Counted from the stretch's first letter, positions 47,776 through 56,576 are shown. The stretch is 64,000 nt of DNA from Polyangiales bacterium (GCA_045106895.1 JBGCFM010000039.1:206817-270816); one strand, 5' to 3'. Notes: generated by a model from the letters alone, not told the origin. Numbers and translations: made by a program.

Positions 47776-49499
47776 AGAACCCATTCAAACTACTCTCTGA
47801 ACGTCCGCTTCGCCTGCCGAGGATGAAGCCCTACGTACCTCAGCCCGACGACCCGAGTATTTATTGGTTCAACTCGGAGCGCGCCGAGATCATCGAGGAG
47901 ACGGGGCGCCGCGTCGCAGAGCAACACTCCAAGAGTCGCGAGAAGCTAGAGATCGTCCTCAACGATGCCGCGATTCACGAGAGCGCTCGCCTGGAGAAAC
48001 AGCGCGACTTCGAGGCAGAACAAAGCCTCGGGTTTTGGCGCGGGCTCTCCCGCCGAATCGCCCGCATGAGTGACGCTGAGAAGCGTGACGCGGCATCCCG
48101 AATCGCGACACGCTTTGCCAAAGACGTCGCCGGCAACTTCGACCCACGGGTCTACGCCATGAGCCGCCACGTGGTGCCTCGACTCCTCACAGGTGTGATG
48201 CGACCGTCGGAGCTCCCGGCGGCCATGCGTTCCGGCGGAACCGAGATCCCCCCGAGCTCAAGTCTCGACCGACTCATCCGCGTCGAAGGAAACGTCGACC
48301 GACTTCGGCGCCTGCAGAAAGACGGAACGCTCGTCTACGTTCCGACGCACTCGTCGAACTTGGACTCCATCGTCCTCGGACGCGCCATGGAGCTCTCGAA
48401 CCTGAGCCCCGTCGTCTACGGCGCCGGCAAGAACCTCTTCACGAATCCGATCATCAGCTTCTTCATGCACAACCTCGGTGCCTATCGGGTCGACCGACGT
48501 ATCCGTGCGCGCATCTACAAAGACGTCCTGAAGATGTACTCGCAGGTGATGATCGAGCGCGGATATCACTCGCTCTTCTTTCCCGGCGGAACACGCTCCC
48601 GCTCCAACCACATCGAACAGCGCCTCAAGCTCGGGCTGGCAGGCTCGGCGGTCAACGCCTTCGCGCACAACCAGGTTCGTGGTGTCGCACGCCGAGTCTT
48701 CTTTGTCCCCACCACCATCAACTACGAGCTCGTTCTCGAAGCCGAGACGCTGTCCGAGGACTGGCTAAAAGAGAGCGGCTCCGCCCGCTACATCATCGAG
48801 GACGATGAGTTCTCGCGTATCGACCGCTGGGTCTCGTTCTTTCGGAAGGTCACCACACAAGACTCGGCCTGCGTGGTTCGTTTCGGCGAACCCATCGACC
48901 CCTTCGGAAACCCCGTCGCCGACGACGGCCGCTCGGTGGGTCCAAGCGGCGAAGCGTTCAACCCCCGCTCCTACGTCGTTCGACGCGGCGTCGCGACGCT
49001 CGACTCCGCTCGGGACGCTGCCTACACAACGGACCTCGGCGAGGTCCTCGTCGAGCAGTACCCCAAGAACACGGTGGTCATGGCGACGGCCGTCGTGGCT
49101 CATGTCCTGTATCGGCGCCTCGTCCGCCAAACACTCAAGATGGATCTCTTCAGTCGCCTCCGGCTGCGGGGCGAGGTCAGCGTCGCCCGCGACGAGCTCA
49201 TTCGCGACGTGGGCGAGACCCGCGACCGGCTTCGCAAGTTGGAACAGGAGGGCGACGTCTTTCTCAGTCACAACATCCGCGACGCGGACCCGGACGCCAT
49301 CCTGCGCCGCGCCCTCGACGTGTGGAACGGCTACCACAATCGCACCGCCGCCAAGGACCTCGGCGTCGAGATCACCGTCGAAGACCCGGCGCTCTTGCTC
49401 TACTACCAGAACCGATTGGTGACCTTCGCGGAGAGCATCGCTGGACCCGCGGATCTTGAAGCGGCGCGAGAAATCGGCAGCGCGGGAGTCGGACGATGA
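47772..49499 (+). CDS. Glycerol-3-phosphate acyltransferase (PlsB-like)
   Basis: ATG 47772 overlaps the GS-like stop. PTHSSNLD (HX4D), GAGKNL, GAYRVDR, FFPGGTRSRS, VPTTINYE. Confidence 0.85.
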   Translation: MKNPFKLLSERPLRLPRMKPYVPQPDDPSIYWFNSERAEIIEETGRRVAEQHSKSREKLEIVLNDAAIHESARLEKQRDFEAEQSLGFWRGLSRRIARMSDAEKRDAASRIATRFAKDVAGNFDPRVYAMSRHVVPRLLTGVMRPSELPAAMRSGGTEIPPSSSLDRLIRVEGNVDRLRRLQKDGTLVYVPTHSSNLDSIVLGRAMELSNLSPVVYGAGKNLFTNPIISFFMHNLGAYRVDRRIRARIYKDVLKMYSQVMIERGYHSLFFPGGTRSRSNHIEQRLKLGLAGSAVNAFAHNQVRGVARRVFFVPTTINYELVLEAETLSEDWLKESGSARYIIEDDEFSRIDRWVSFFRKVTTQDSACVVRFGEPIDPFGNPVADDGRSVGPSGEAFNPRSYVVRRGVATLDSARDAAYTTDLGEVLVEQYPKNTVVMATAVVAHVLYRRLVRQTLKMDLFSRLRLRGEVSVARDELIRDVGETRDRLRKLEQEGDVFLSHNIRDADPDAILRRALDVWNGYHNRTAAKDLGVEITVEDPALLLYYQNRLVTFAESIAGPADLEAAREIGSAGVGR

Positions 49500-50440
49500 G
49501 TGAAACAAACCTCCCTCCTGTCGCCGTCATTGGCGGTGGCGGCTTTGGACGTGCCATCGCGACGGCGGCCCATCGAAACGGTCGCGATGTCATCCTTTGG
49601 AGCCGTCGCTCGGGTCTCGACGAGCCCTTTGAGACCACCAAGGACCTGGCTGACCTTCGTCACGCGGAGCTGCTCTTCCTGGCCGTTCCTTCGCCCTACG
49701 TTCCAGAGACCGCCGCCGCCGTTGGACGACATCTCAACGGCAGTCACCTGCTTGTTCATGTCAGCCGCGGCCTCCTCGGCGAAGAGCTGATGACTCTCTC
49801 GCAGCACCTCCGGAAGACGACGCCTTGCCGTCGCATCGGCGCCCTCGCCGGGCCTCTGGACGCCGAGGCGCTGCGCGACGGGCAACCCACCGGCGCCATC
49901 GTCGGGTCCCGTTTTCCAGAGGTCGCTGGCGCCGTCCGCGAAGCAATCGGCGGACCTACGCTCCGTATCTATGAGTCACGTGACGTGGTGGGCGTGGAGA
50001 TCGCCGCCGCCGTTGTAGGCCTGCTGGCTCTCGCGGCAGGCTACGGCCGCGCCCGTGGCGCGTCCCCTGCGACCCTCTCCGTTTTCCTCACCCGCGGCAT
50101 GAACGAGTGCACCCGCATCGGCGTCGCACTTGGGGCTCAAGCCGAGACCTTCGGGGGACTCGCTGGATTCGGCGACCTTATGGCCGTCATCGGCGGTGAT
50201 GACCGACCTGAGATCCGGCTTGGCCAGGCCCTCGCTTCGGGGATGGACCTCGCCGCCGCGGGTGTGAAAGCCGGTGCCCACATCGAGGGTGTCAGCATCG
50301 CCACTCGACTGGTCGGATTCGCAGAACGCGCAGGTATGGACGCACCGATGGCACGTGTGGTGGCCGCCGTCCTCGCAGGAGAGCTTCGCCCAGAACAAGC
50401 CATCGACGCTCTCATGGCCCGCAGAGCCGGGCGCGAATAG
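49496..50440 (+). CDS. GpsA-fold glycerol-3-phosphate dehydrogenase homologue with degenerate active site
   Basis: VAVIGGGGFG, LAVPS, DVVGVE, TRGMNE, GLAGFGDL and IEG are present. The KN and SRN motifs are replaced. Confidence 0.85.
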   Translation: MSETNLPPVAVIGGGGFGRAIATAAHRNGRDVILWSRRSGLDEPFETTKDLADLRHAELLFLAVPSPYVPETAAAVGRHLNGSHLLVHVSRGLLGEELMTLSQHLRKTTPCRRIGALAGPLDAEALRDGQPTGAIVGSRFPEVAGAVREAIGGPTLRIYESRDVVGVEIAAAVVGLLALAAGYGRARGASPATLSVFLTRGMNECTRIGVALGAQAETFGGLAGFGDLMAVIGGDDRPEIRLGQALASGMDLAAAGVKAGAHIEGVSIATRLVGFAERAGMDAPMARVVAAVLAGELRPEQAIDALMARRAGRE

Positions 50441-50580
50441 CAATTTCGTTATAATTCCAACACCTTATAGCCGAAAAGGCTTCGGCGCTGATCTGCGGGG
50501 AAAACGGTACGCGAAATGCCCCGCTGTTGTATCGTACGGGGCTCGGCTCCCAGAATGGCGGGTCGCTTCCGAGGCAACGT

Positions 50581-51732
50581 ATGACGACAATTTGGAGCTT
50601 CCCCACGCGCATTCTCTTCGGAGAAGATTCTTCCGCTTCGCTCCTCAGCGAAGTGAAGTCCCTTGGTGGAACGCGTGTTCTCTTCGTGACGGACCCAGGC
50701 GTTCGCGGCGCCGGCATCGTCGACCCGCTCGTCGAGCAGCTCAAAGCGGGGGGCGTAGAGTCCACCATTTTTGATGCGCTATCGAGCAACCCACTGGAGA
50801 CGGAAGTCCTCGCCGGGGCTGACGCGTACAAGCAGTCGGAGGCCGACCTCATCGTTGGCGTTGGCGGCGGCAGCCCCCTCGATGTGGCGAAGCTGATCCG
50901 CGTCGCTGTCACGCATCCGCTCCCCCTCTCCCAGTACGACGACGCGATCGGCGGAGACGCGCTCATCACCAAGCCAGTTCCGCCGATGATCGCAGTTCCC
51001 ACGACGGCGGGCACCGGCAGCGAGGTGGGTCGCGCCGGCGTCGTGACCCTTCAGGCGAACAACAAGAAGACGGTCATCTTTGCGCCAAGCCTGATGCCCA
51101 ACGCAGCTATTCTCGACCCAAAGCTCACTGTCTCGATGCCGGCGCGAATCACCGCGGCGACGGGCATCGACGCACTCACCCATTGCATTGAAGCGTATTG
51201 CGCCCTCGGCGACCATCCTATGGCTGACGGCGTCGCTCTGGAGGGCATCCGCCTCTGCGCGACTCACCTTGAGACAGCCGTCGCGGATGGCAGTGACCTG
51301 GTCGCTCGCGGAGCCATGCTCAAAGCCGCCATGATGGGCGCCGTGGCGTTTCAAAAAGGCCTGGGAGCCTGCCACTCTTTGGCCCACCCCCTCGGCGCCG
51401 AGTTCGACATCCACCACGGACTCGCCAACGCTCTTTGCCTGCCCGCTGTCCTCGACTTCAACCGCACGGCGGTTCCGGACAAAATAGCGACCATCGCAAA
51501 GCTCCTCGGTGCACGCGGCGACGACAAAGAGACCCTCGCCTTCGAATGCTCCGGCGCGATTCGATCCCTGCGAAAGAAGGTCGGCTTGGCCGATGGTCTC
51601 GCCGCCGCTGGGGTGAGCGAGGAGGACCTTCCAAAGCTCGCCTCCCTCGCCATCCAGGATGCTTGTCATCGACTGAACCCGAGAGACTGCAGCGAGGAAG
51701 ACATGCTCTCCCTCTTTCGCTCCAGCCTCTAG
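50581..51732 (+). CDS. Iron-containing alcohol dehydrogenase
   Basis: FVTDPG, NP, GGGSPLDVAK, VPTTAGTGSE, DALTHCIEAY, CHSLAH, HHGLANA. Confidence 0.93.
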   Translation: MTTIWSFPTRILFGEDSSASLLSEVKSLGGTRVLFVTDPGVRGAGIVDPLVEQLKAGGVESTIFDALSSNPLETEVLAGADAYKQSEADLIVGVGGGSPLDVAKLIRVAVTHPLPLSQYDDAIGGDALITKPVPPMIAVPTTAGTGSEVGRAGVVTLQANNKKTVIFAPSLMPNAAILDPKLTVSMPARITAATGIDALTHCIEAYCALGDHPMADGVALEGIRLCATHLETAVADGSDLVARGAMLKAAMMGAVAFQKGLGACHSLAHPLGAEFDIHHGLANALCLPAVLDFNRTAVPDKIATIAKLLGARGDDKETLAFECSGAIRSLRKKVGLADGLAAAGVSEEDLPKLASLAIQDACHRLNPRDCSEEDMLSLFRSSL

Positions 51733-51785
51733 TGTCCTGACGTACATGGTGTCTCGCGGACCGGTTTGCGCCCGTCACCGATTGG

Positions 51786-52040
51786 GTGGATGATTCAGGC
51801 GTGCTCCGTGCATTCGGCCTCTGGATGATCAAGATCTACTGGTGGACGCTTTCCCCTTTGCTCGGGAACGTCTGCCGCTTCGAGCCCTCCTGCTCGCGCT
51901 ACACAGCCGCGTGTATCGAGCGCTTTGGGTTCTTTCGTGGCTCATGGCTGGGCACCAAACGTATCTGCCGGTGCAACCCTTTCTGCGAGGGCGGTTACGA
52001 CCCTCCTCCCGAACTTCCGGGCGCGCAGCTTCCTGAGTAG
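51786..52040 (+). CDS. yidD: Membrane protein insertion efficiency factor
   Basis: [18 protein letters not shown]...RICRCNPF...GGYDP. Confidence 0.93.
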   Translation: MDDSGVLRAFGLWMIKIYWWTLSPLLGNVCRFEPSCSRYTAACIERFGFFRGSWLGTKRICRCNPFCEGGYDPPPELPGAQLPE

Positions 52041-52069
52041 CGCGTTCGAGCGCCTTCCCTGAGCATCCG

Positions 52070-52621
52070 ATGTTTGACGCCTTCTACAGCGACCCGCACT
52101 TCGGGCACAAGATGGTCGCGACGAAGTCCCGCGGCTTTGCGTCGGCGCAGGAAATGACGGCGAGCCTCATCGACACCTACAACTCCGTGGTGATGCCGGA
52201 TCACCTTGTGGCTTGGCTTGGCGACTGTTTCTTCTGCGGACCCGAGGCATCCGCCGACATTCTAAAACGCCTAAACGGTCGCAAGGTCCTCGTACGCGGC
52301 AACCACGACGGTAGCGCAGCCAAGATGGCACGGCTCGGCTTCTCCATGGTGGTCGACGAAGCCACGACACACATCGCAGGCCAGCGCGTCCGCATGTCCC
52401 ACTTTCCACCGGCACACTACCGCGACCCCCGATACCCCGGCGGCGACAAACGTCACCTGGAGCGGCGGCCCAAGCTCAACCCAGGCGAGTGGCTCGTGCA
52501 CGGACATACGCACAACAAAGAGAAGCTCCGCGGAAAGTGCATACACGTCGGCGTGGACGCCTGGAACCTGGGCCCTGCAAGAGGCAGCGAAGTCGCCGCG
52601 TTGATCGAAAGCGCGAGCTAA
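52070..52621 (+). CDS. Calcineurin-like metallophosphoesterase
   Basis: SDPHFGH, LGD, RGNHD, SHFP, HGHTH, HVGVD. Confidence 0.9.
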   Translation: MFDAFYSDPHFGHKMVATKSRGFASAQEMTASLIDTYNSVVMPDHLVAWLGDCFFCGPEASADILKRLNGRKVLVRGNHDGSAAKMARLGFSMVVDEATTHIAGQRVRMSHFPPAHYRDPRYPGGDKRHLERRPKLNPGEWLVHGHTHNKEKLRGKCIHVGVDAWNLGPARGSEVAALIESAS

Positions 52622-52750
52622 GACAGCTGCTAGCCTCCGCCGGAGCTGCCCACAGACCGCAGCTGACGCCTTCATTGTCGCTAACATGGACGACAAGGCC
52701 CCCCGCAAACGGCCAACTTGCGACGTGATGCGCCCGTGCAACGGTAGCGG

Positions 52751-52939
52751 ATGCTTCGCTGGGCTGGTCTTATCCTCCTCTCCGTCATAATCGGAGGCCT
52801 AGGATTCATAGTCACGCGAATGAAAGGCTTCTCTTTTTTGGTCGCGATAGGCGTTGGGATATTCGCCGCAGGCGCAAGCCTCTGGTTCGTCCCAAGGTCT
52901 CTCGACGATAGGTCCGAGGGGAGCCAACCGCCGCGCTGA
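52751..52939 (+). CDS. Small two-TM protein (62 aa)
   Basis: Two hydrophobic segments. Uses codons rare in this window (ATA, CTA). Confidence 0.4.
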   Translation: MLRWAGLILLSVIIGGLGFIVTRMKGFSFLVAIGVGIFAAGASLWFVPRSLDDRSEGSQPPR

Positions 52940-53182
52940 TTCGAGACGCGAGCGAAGAACCGCGCTCTTCAATCACTCGGCACGTCTTCCCCGGCGATTC
53001 TTTTCCGGCGCATCGCTGGCAAACGCAGTGCGGCTCGTCGCACCCACGATTCGTCCAGCGCGTCGCGTTCGTCCTACGTCAGACTTGCGTGACTGCACGA
53101 AAGGCCTCCCAAGCCTTTCGAAAAGGAGCGCATCCCCGCGCAGTTCGTTGCACCACTCTCGTTCGCGTCGTGCGATTGAAAC

Positions 53183-53435
53183 GTACGAAGGTTTGGGCGG
53201 ACCCGCGTGAGCCCAAGGCGTCGAGGCCGTCTCTCTCGAAGTGGAAGAGCGCCGACTCAACACTCTCAGCTCTCGAACTGTGGAGTACCTTGCATGTCAG
53301 AGCGGCACGAAGCTCTATCGCGCGATGGTCGTGCCGACGGTCAGGGAGAGACCAGATGTCGCCGCCGGGGCGGCGCCATATGCAGGCCGAATCGCCTTGG
53401 GCTCACGCGGGTCCACCCCGAACCGATCGCCGTAC
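53183..53435. ncRNA. Candidate structured non-coding element (ncRNA or MITE-like)
   Basis: Perfect 22-bp inverted repeat 53199-53220 / 53393-53414 enclosing several nested helices. No credible CDS. Strand unknown. Confidence 0.4.
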
Positions 53436-53456
53436 CAGACCTCAGAACGTTGGAGG

Positions 53457-54392
53457 CTACATGGAGCGAACGTGCCTTGCATCAATGCGATACAAGCTCG
53501 TCACGTATCCGTCTTCTTCAATCTCGCTCGCCTCAAAGCGGCCGTAGATGCGAACGCCGCGTCCTTCGAACTGATCGGCTTCGGCGGAGTCCGCGCGAAT
53601 GACGATGGCCTCGTGAAGGTCCGGCGGAGTTCCGAAACAGCAGCTCCACAGAGACTGAACGAGGAGGTACTGGTCCTGATCCAGATTGATGAGGTAACCC
53701 CACCCCATCACGTCCTGGCCATCGAGGGCAGCGACCTGCTCTGGGAGTTCCATGCCCTCCTCATACTCGAAGCCGCTGATGATGGGCCACGCTGCTGGCG
53801 TCCATTCCCCAGGGACCTCTTCGGCGTCGCCGTCGTCGAGCTCTCCGCCAAGGTTCGTGATGAGGGTGCGAGCCATCATCCGGGCAGTGCCCTGAACGGC
53901 TTGTGCCTGGAGGTCACTGAAGCCGCCGGCCCCGTCCATCTCGGCGGCCTGCGCCGCGATGTCAGCGACCATCTGGCCGATGCTCTCTCGGCGCGACTCT
54001 TCGTCGCCGATCTCAGCCTCGGCGAGCATTCCGCCCACCGTCGTGATGACTTCCTCTTCGTTGATCATCTCGTCGCTGCTCGCGGTGCGAATGACGGCCA
54101 CGATCTCGCGCGTGATGCTGCCTTCAAGGGAGCCGGCGCCTCCTTCTTCCTCCGTATCCGTTTCACGGTCCGCGCGGAACGTCGTCGGGCGGAAGTTCTC
54201 TGTCATCTGGTCGCGGTACCAGAGCGGTGCGGTGACAACGACACCGAGGAGGACCATGATGCTGCCCCGCATGATGGAATCGATGAGGGTGCGACGTCCT
54301 GGATCGTCGTCGTCGTCCGCCTCCTCAGCGGATTCGTCGACAGCTTGCTTAGGCTCTTCTTCCGCGACTTCGTTTTCTTCTTCTTCGCTCAT
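53457..54392 (-). CDS. DUF3299 (ZrgD-like) membrane-anchored protein
   Basis: ALDGQDVMGWGYL, YLLV, SCCFGTPP, VRIYGRF, SLYRID. Acidic N-terminus and one TM. ATG 54392. Confidence 0.8.
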   Translation of the reverse strand: MSEEEENEVAEEEPKQAVDESAEEADDDDDPGRRTLIDSIMRGSIMVLLGVVVTAPLWYRDQMTENFRPTTFRADRETDTEEEGGAGSLEGSITREIVAVIRTASSDEMINEEEVITTVGGMLAEAEIGDEESRRESIGQMVADIAAQAAEMDGAGGFSDLQAQAVQGTARMMARTLITNLGGELDDGDAEEVPGEWTPAAWPIISGFEYEEGMELPEQVAALDGQDVMGWGYLINLDQDQYLLVQSLWSCCFGTPPDLHEAIVIRADSAEADQFEGRGVRIYGRFEASEIEEDGYVTSLYRIDARHVRSM

Positions 54393-54457
54393 GGCTCTTC
54401 TCAAATCGAGGCGCGCTCAAGGACGCCCGCAGTAGATAGTTCGCTCGCTCCCTAACG

Positions 54458-55882
54458 TTAGGAGAGCGGCCTCAGATTTTGCGCAACGTCCGTACGATAG
54501 GCTTTCCATGCTGGCACCAGCCCGGCCAACGCGCCGAGGACCAGGACCATTCCAAGGACCATCCATTCCACGGGGAGAAAGACGAACCCCTCGGGACGGA
54601 ACCCTGCTACCGACTCAACGCGCGAAGCCACCGCCACCACGAGTCCGTGTCCCATGGCGACGCCACACAAGGCCCCTGCGCCGGTCAGCGCCACCGCCTC
54701 GCCAACGATCACGGCAAAGACCGTCCTCCTCCCAGCACCAATGGCTCGCAGGATCGCCATCTCGCGTCGGCGCTCGTTCATCGTGTTGTAGATGGCCACG
54801 AGGATCGACAGGACGCCGATGACAACGACCATAAGCGAGACCAGAAGGAAGAGGATGTCGACGCTGCCCACGATGTCGAAGAGGTTTCCCACCTGCTCCT
54901 GAACGTCGGCGATCTGAATATCAGGCCGTCGGTTCAAGCTCGAAAGAAGCACCACCTTGTGCACACCACCACGCGGGAAGATCAAGAGCGAGCTGAGCGC
55001 CGCGTCGTCGCTTCCGGGGATCATCGCGCCTTCTGCGTGCTCCTCGATGGAGTAGAAGGAGTCGAGGTTGATGAAGACGACCTTGTCGACGGGCGTGCCC
55101 GTCGGCTCAAGGATGCCGACGACGTCCCAGAGATGCTCGTGCTCATGCGCCGCGCCGCCTTCGACTCCATGAGTCGGCTCGATCTGCGACCCCACGGCGA
55201 CGCGAAGAGTCCGGGCGACCTCAGCCCCTAAGACCGCCTCGTGAACACCGCCATGATCGTGGTGATGGTGGCCATGCTCGTCATGCTCCGCGTGCTCGTC
55301 ATGCTCCGCGTGCTCGTCCTCTGCGTGCTCGTCATGCTCCGCGTGCTCGTCATGCTCCGCGGGCTCGTCATGCTCCGTTTCGCCCTCGTCCGTTTCGTCG
55401 GGTGAGTAGCGGGCACCTATTCGCGTGAGTGCTTCCTCGAGGCGGGCGCGATCGAACCGAAACGGTCGACCATCGGCGAGCTTGTCTTCACCAGCACCGG
55501 CGGGATGGGGGAAACGCTCATCGAAGATGGCGTCCGTTGTCGCGACGACACGGTAGCCCTGGAACGTGTCGCCCACGGCGTAGGGCACAGCCATCGCAAC
55601 GGAGTCGTGCTCTTCGAGTTCGTACCACACGCGCATCGGCATGAGACCCGGGCTTCGGTCGATGTGATAGATGCTGTTGAGGACCAGTTGCAGCGCCGAG
55701 CCCGGTGCACCGACGACGAGGCCATAGCCGCGACCTGGTTCTTGGAAGTGCCGCTCCATTTCGTTCTGCAGAAGCAGAATGGCTGTCACGAGCATGACGC
55801 CAAGGGCGACGCTCAGACCGGTCAAAACCGACGAGAGCGAGCGCTGCCGAAGTCCACGTAAGATGAGGTCGAAGAGCGTCAT
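54458..55882 (-). CDS. MacB/FtsX-type ABC permease (ZrgC-like) with His-rich insertion
   Basis: LRQRSLSSVLT, VVGAPGSALQLVLNSIYH, GDTFQGYRVV, GILEPTGTPVDK, NERRREMAILRAIGA, LVPAWKAYRTDV. Confidence 0.9.
   Translation of the reverse strand: MTLFDLILRGLRQRSLSSVLTGLSVALGVMLVTAILLLQNEMERHFQEPGRGYGLVVGAPGSALQLVLNSIYHIDRSPGLMPMRVWYELEEHDSVAMAVPYAVGDTFQGYRVVATTDAIFDERFPHPAGAGEDKLADGRPFRFDRARLEEALTRIGARYSPDETDEGETEHDEPAEHDEHAEHDEHAEDEHAEHDEHAEHDEHGHHHHDHGGVHEAVLGAEVARTLRVAVGSQIEPTHGVEGGAAHEHEHLWDVVGILEPTGTPVDKVVFINLDSFYSIEEHAEGAMIPGSDDAALSSLLIFPRGGVHKVVLLSSLNRRPDIQIADVQEQVGNLFDIVGSVDILFLLVSLMVVVIGVLSILVAIYNTMNERRREMAILRAIGAGRRTVFAVIVGEAVALTGAGALCGVAMGHGLVVAVASRVESVAGFRPEGFVFLPVEWMVLGMVLVLGALAGLVPAWKAYRTDVAQNLRPLS
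55253..55377 (-). repeat. 18-bp tandem repeat encoding (HDEHAE)n plus poly-His
   Basis: GTGCTCGTCATGCTCCGC units, encoding EHDEPAEHDEHAEHDEHAEDEHAEHDEHAEHDEHGHHHHDH. Confidence 0.9.
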
Positions 55883-55892
55883 GTTCGAACCG

Positions 55893-56576
55893 TCACTTTC
55901 GAGTCTCCGTCGACGAGCGGTTGATATCCGAGAGTTCGAGGACCGAGTCGAAGCGCGCACGTACGCGGCTATCGTGAGTCACGAGGACGAGCGTGGCGCC
56001 GCGTTCGGCGACCACCTCCATCAGCAGGTCCAAAGCACGCGCTGCTCCGGCGTCGTCCAGGTTGGCCGTTGGTTCGTCCGCGAGGACGACCTTCGGTTCG
56101 TTCATCAAGGCGCGGGCGATGCCGACGCGCTGCTGTTCGCCCACGGAAAGTGTGCCGGGCCGTGCGTCGACGCGATGGCCAAGCTCCAGCCGTTTCAACA
56201 GGTCTCGAGCGCGCTTCCTCGATGCACCTGGGCCTCGCCCGACGAAGGTGCCGGCGAGAGCCACATTCTCGCGAGCACTGAGCCCCTGCAGAAGGTTGAA
56301 GGACTGGAAAACGTAACCGATATTTGCTGCGCGGAACTTGTCCCGACGCCCCTCGGCGAGGGCCATGATGTCCGTGCCGTCGATGGACACACGTCCCTCC
56401 GTTGCGGGGGTAATCCCGGCGAGGACGTTCAAGAATGTCGTTTTTCCTGACCCGGACCCACCCACAAGGCAGACCTGCTCGCCAGCTTTCGCCTCGAAGC
56501 TGGGAATATCGAGGACTGGAACCAGCTCCTTCGCCGGCCCCCGAAACTCGACCTTCAGCTTCTCCGTCAGGATCAC
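55893..56576 (-). CDS. ABC transporter ATP-binding protein (LolD/MacB type, ZrgB-like)
   Basis: GGSGSGKTT, YVFQSFNL, LSVGEQQRV, LADEPTANLD, VTHD. GTG start at 56576. Confidence 0.92.
   Translation of the reverse strand: MILTEKLKVEFRGPAKELVPVLDIPSFEAKAGEQVCLVGGSGSGKTTFLNVLAGITPATEGRVSIDGTDIMALAEGRRDKFRAANIGYVFQSFNLLQGLSARENVALAGTFVGRGPGASRKRARDLLKRLELGHRVDARPGTLSVGEQQRVGIARALMNEPKVVLADEPTANLDDAGAARALDLLMEVVAERGATLVLVTHDSRVRARFDSVLELSDINRSSTETRK

Noticed and set aside
50441..50486. TATAAT at 50450 and a GCCGAA/TTCGGC hairpin before the Fe-ADH gene
   Set aside because: No matching -35 element and no U tract, so too weak to call a promoter or terminator.
52940..53456. CRISPR array, integron attC, complete retron or cobalamin riboswitch
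   Set aside because: Only one repeat-like 36-mer and no cas genes. The GTT/AAC ends are in the wrong order for attC. There is no reverse transcriptase in the window. The B12-box resemblance is only fragmentary and there is no suitable downstream gene.
53241..54455. 404-aa plus-strand ORF
   Set aside because: Antisense shadow of the DUF3299 gene with no protein-like motifs. Such shadows are common in GC-rich DNA.
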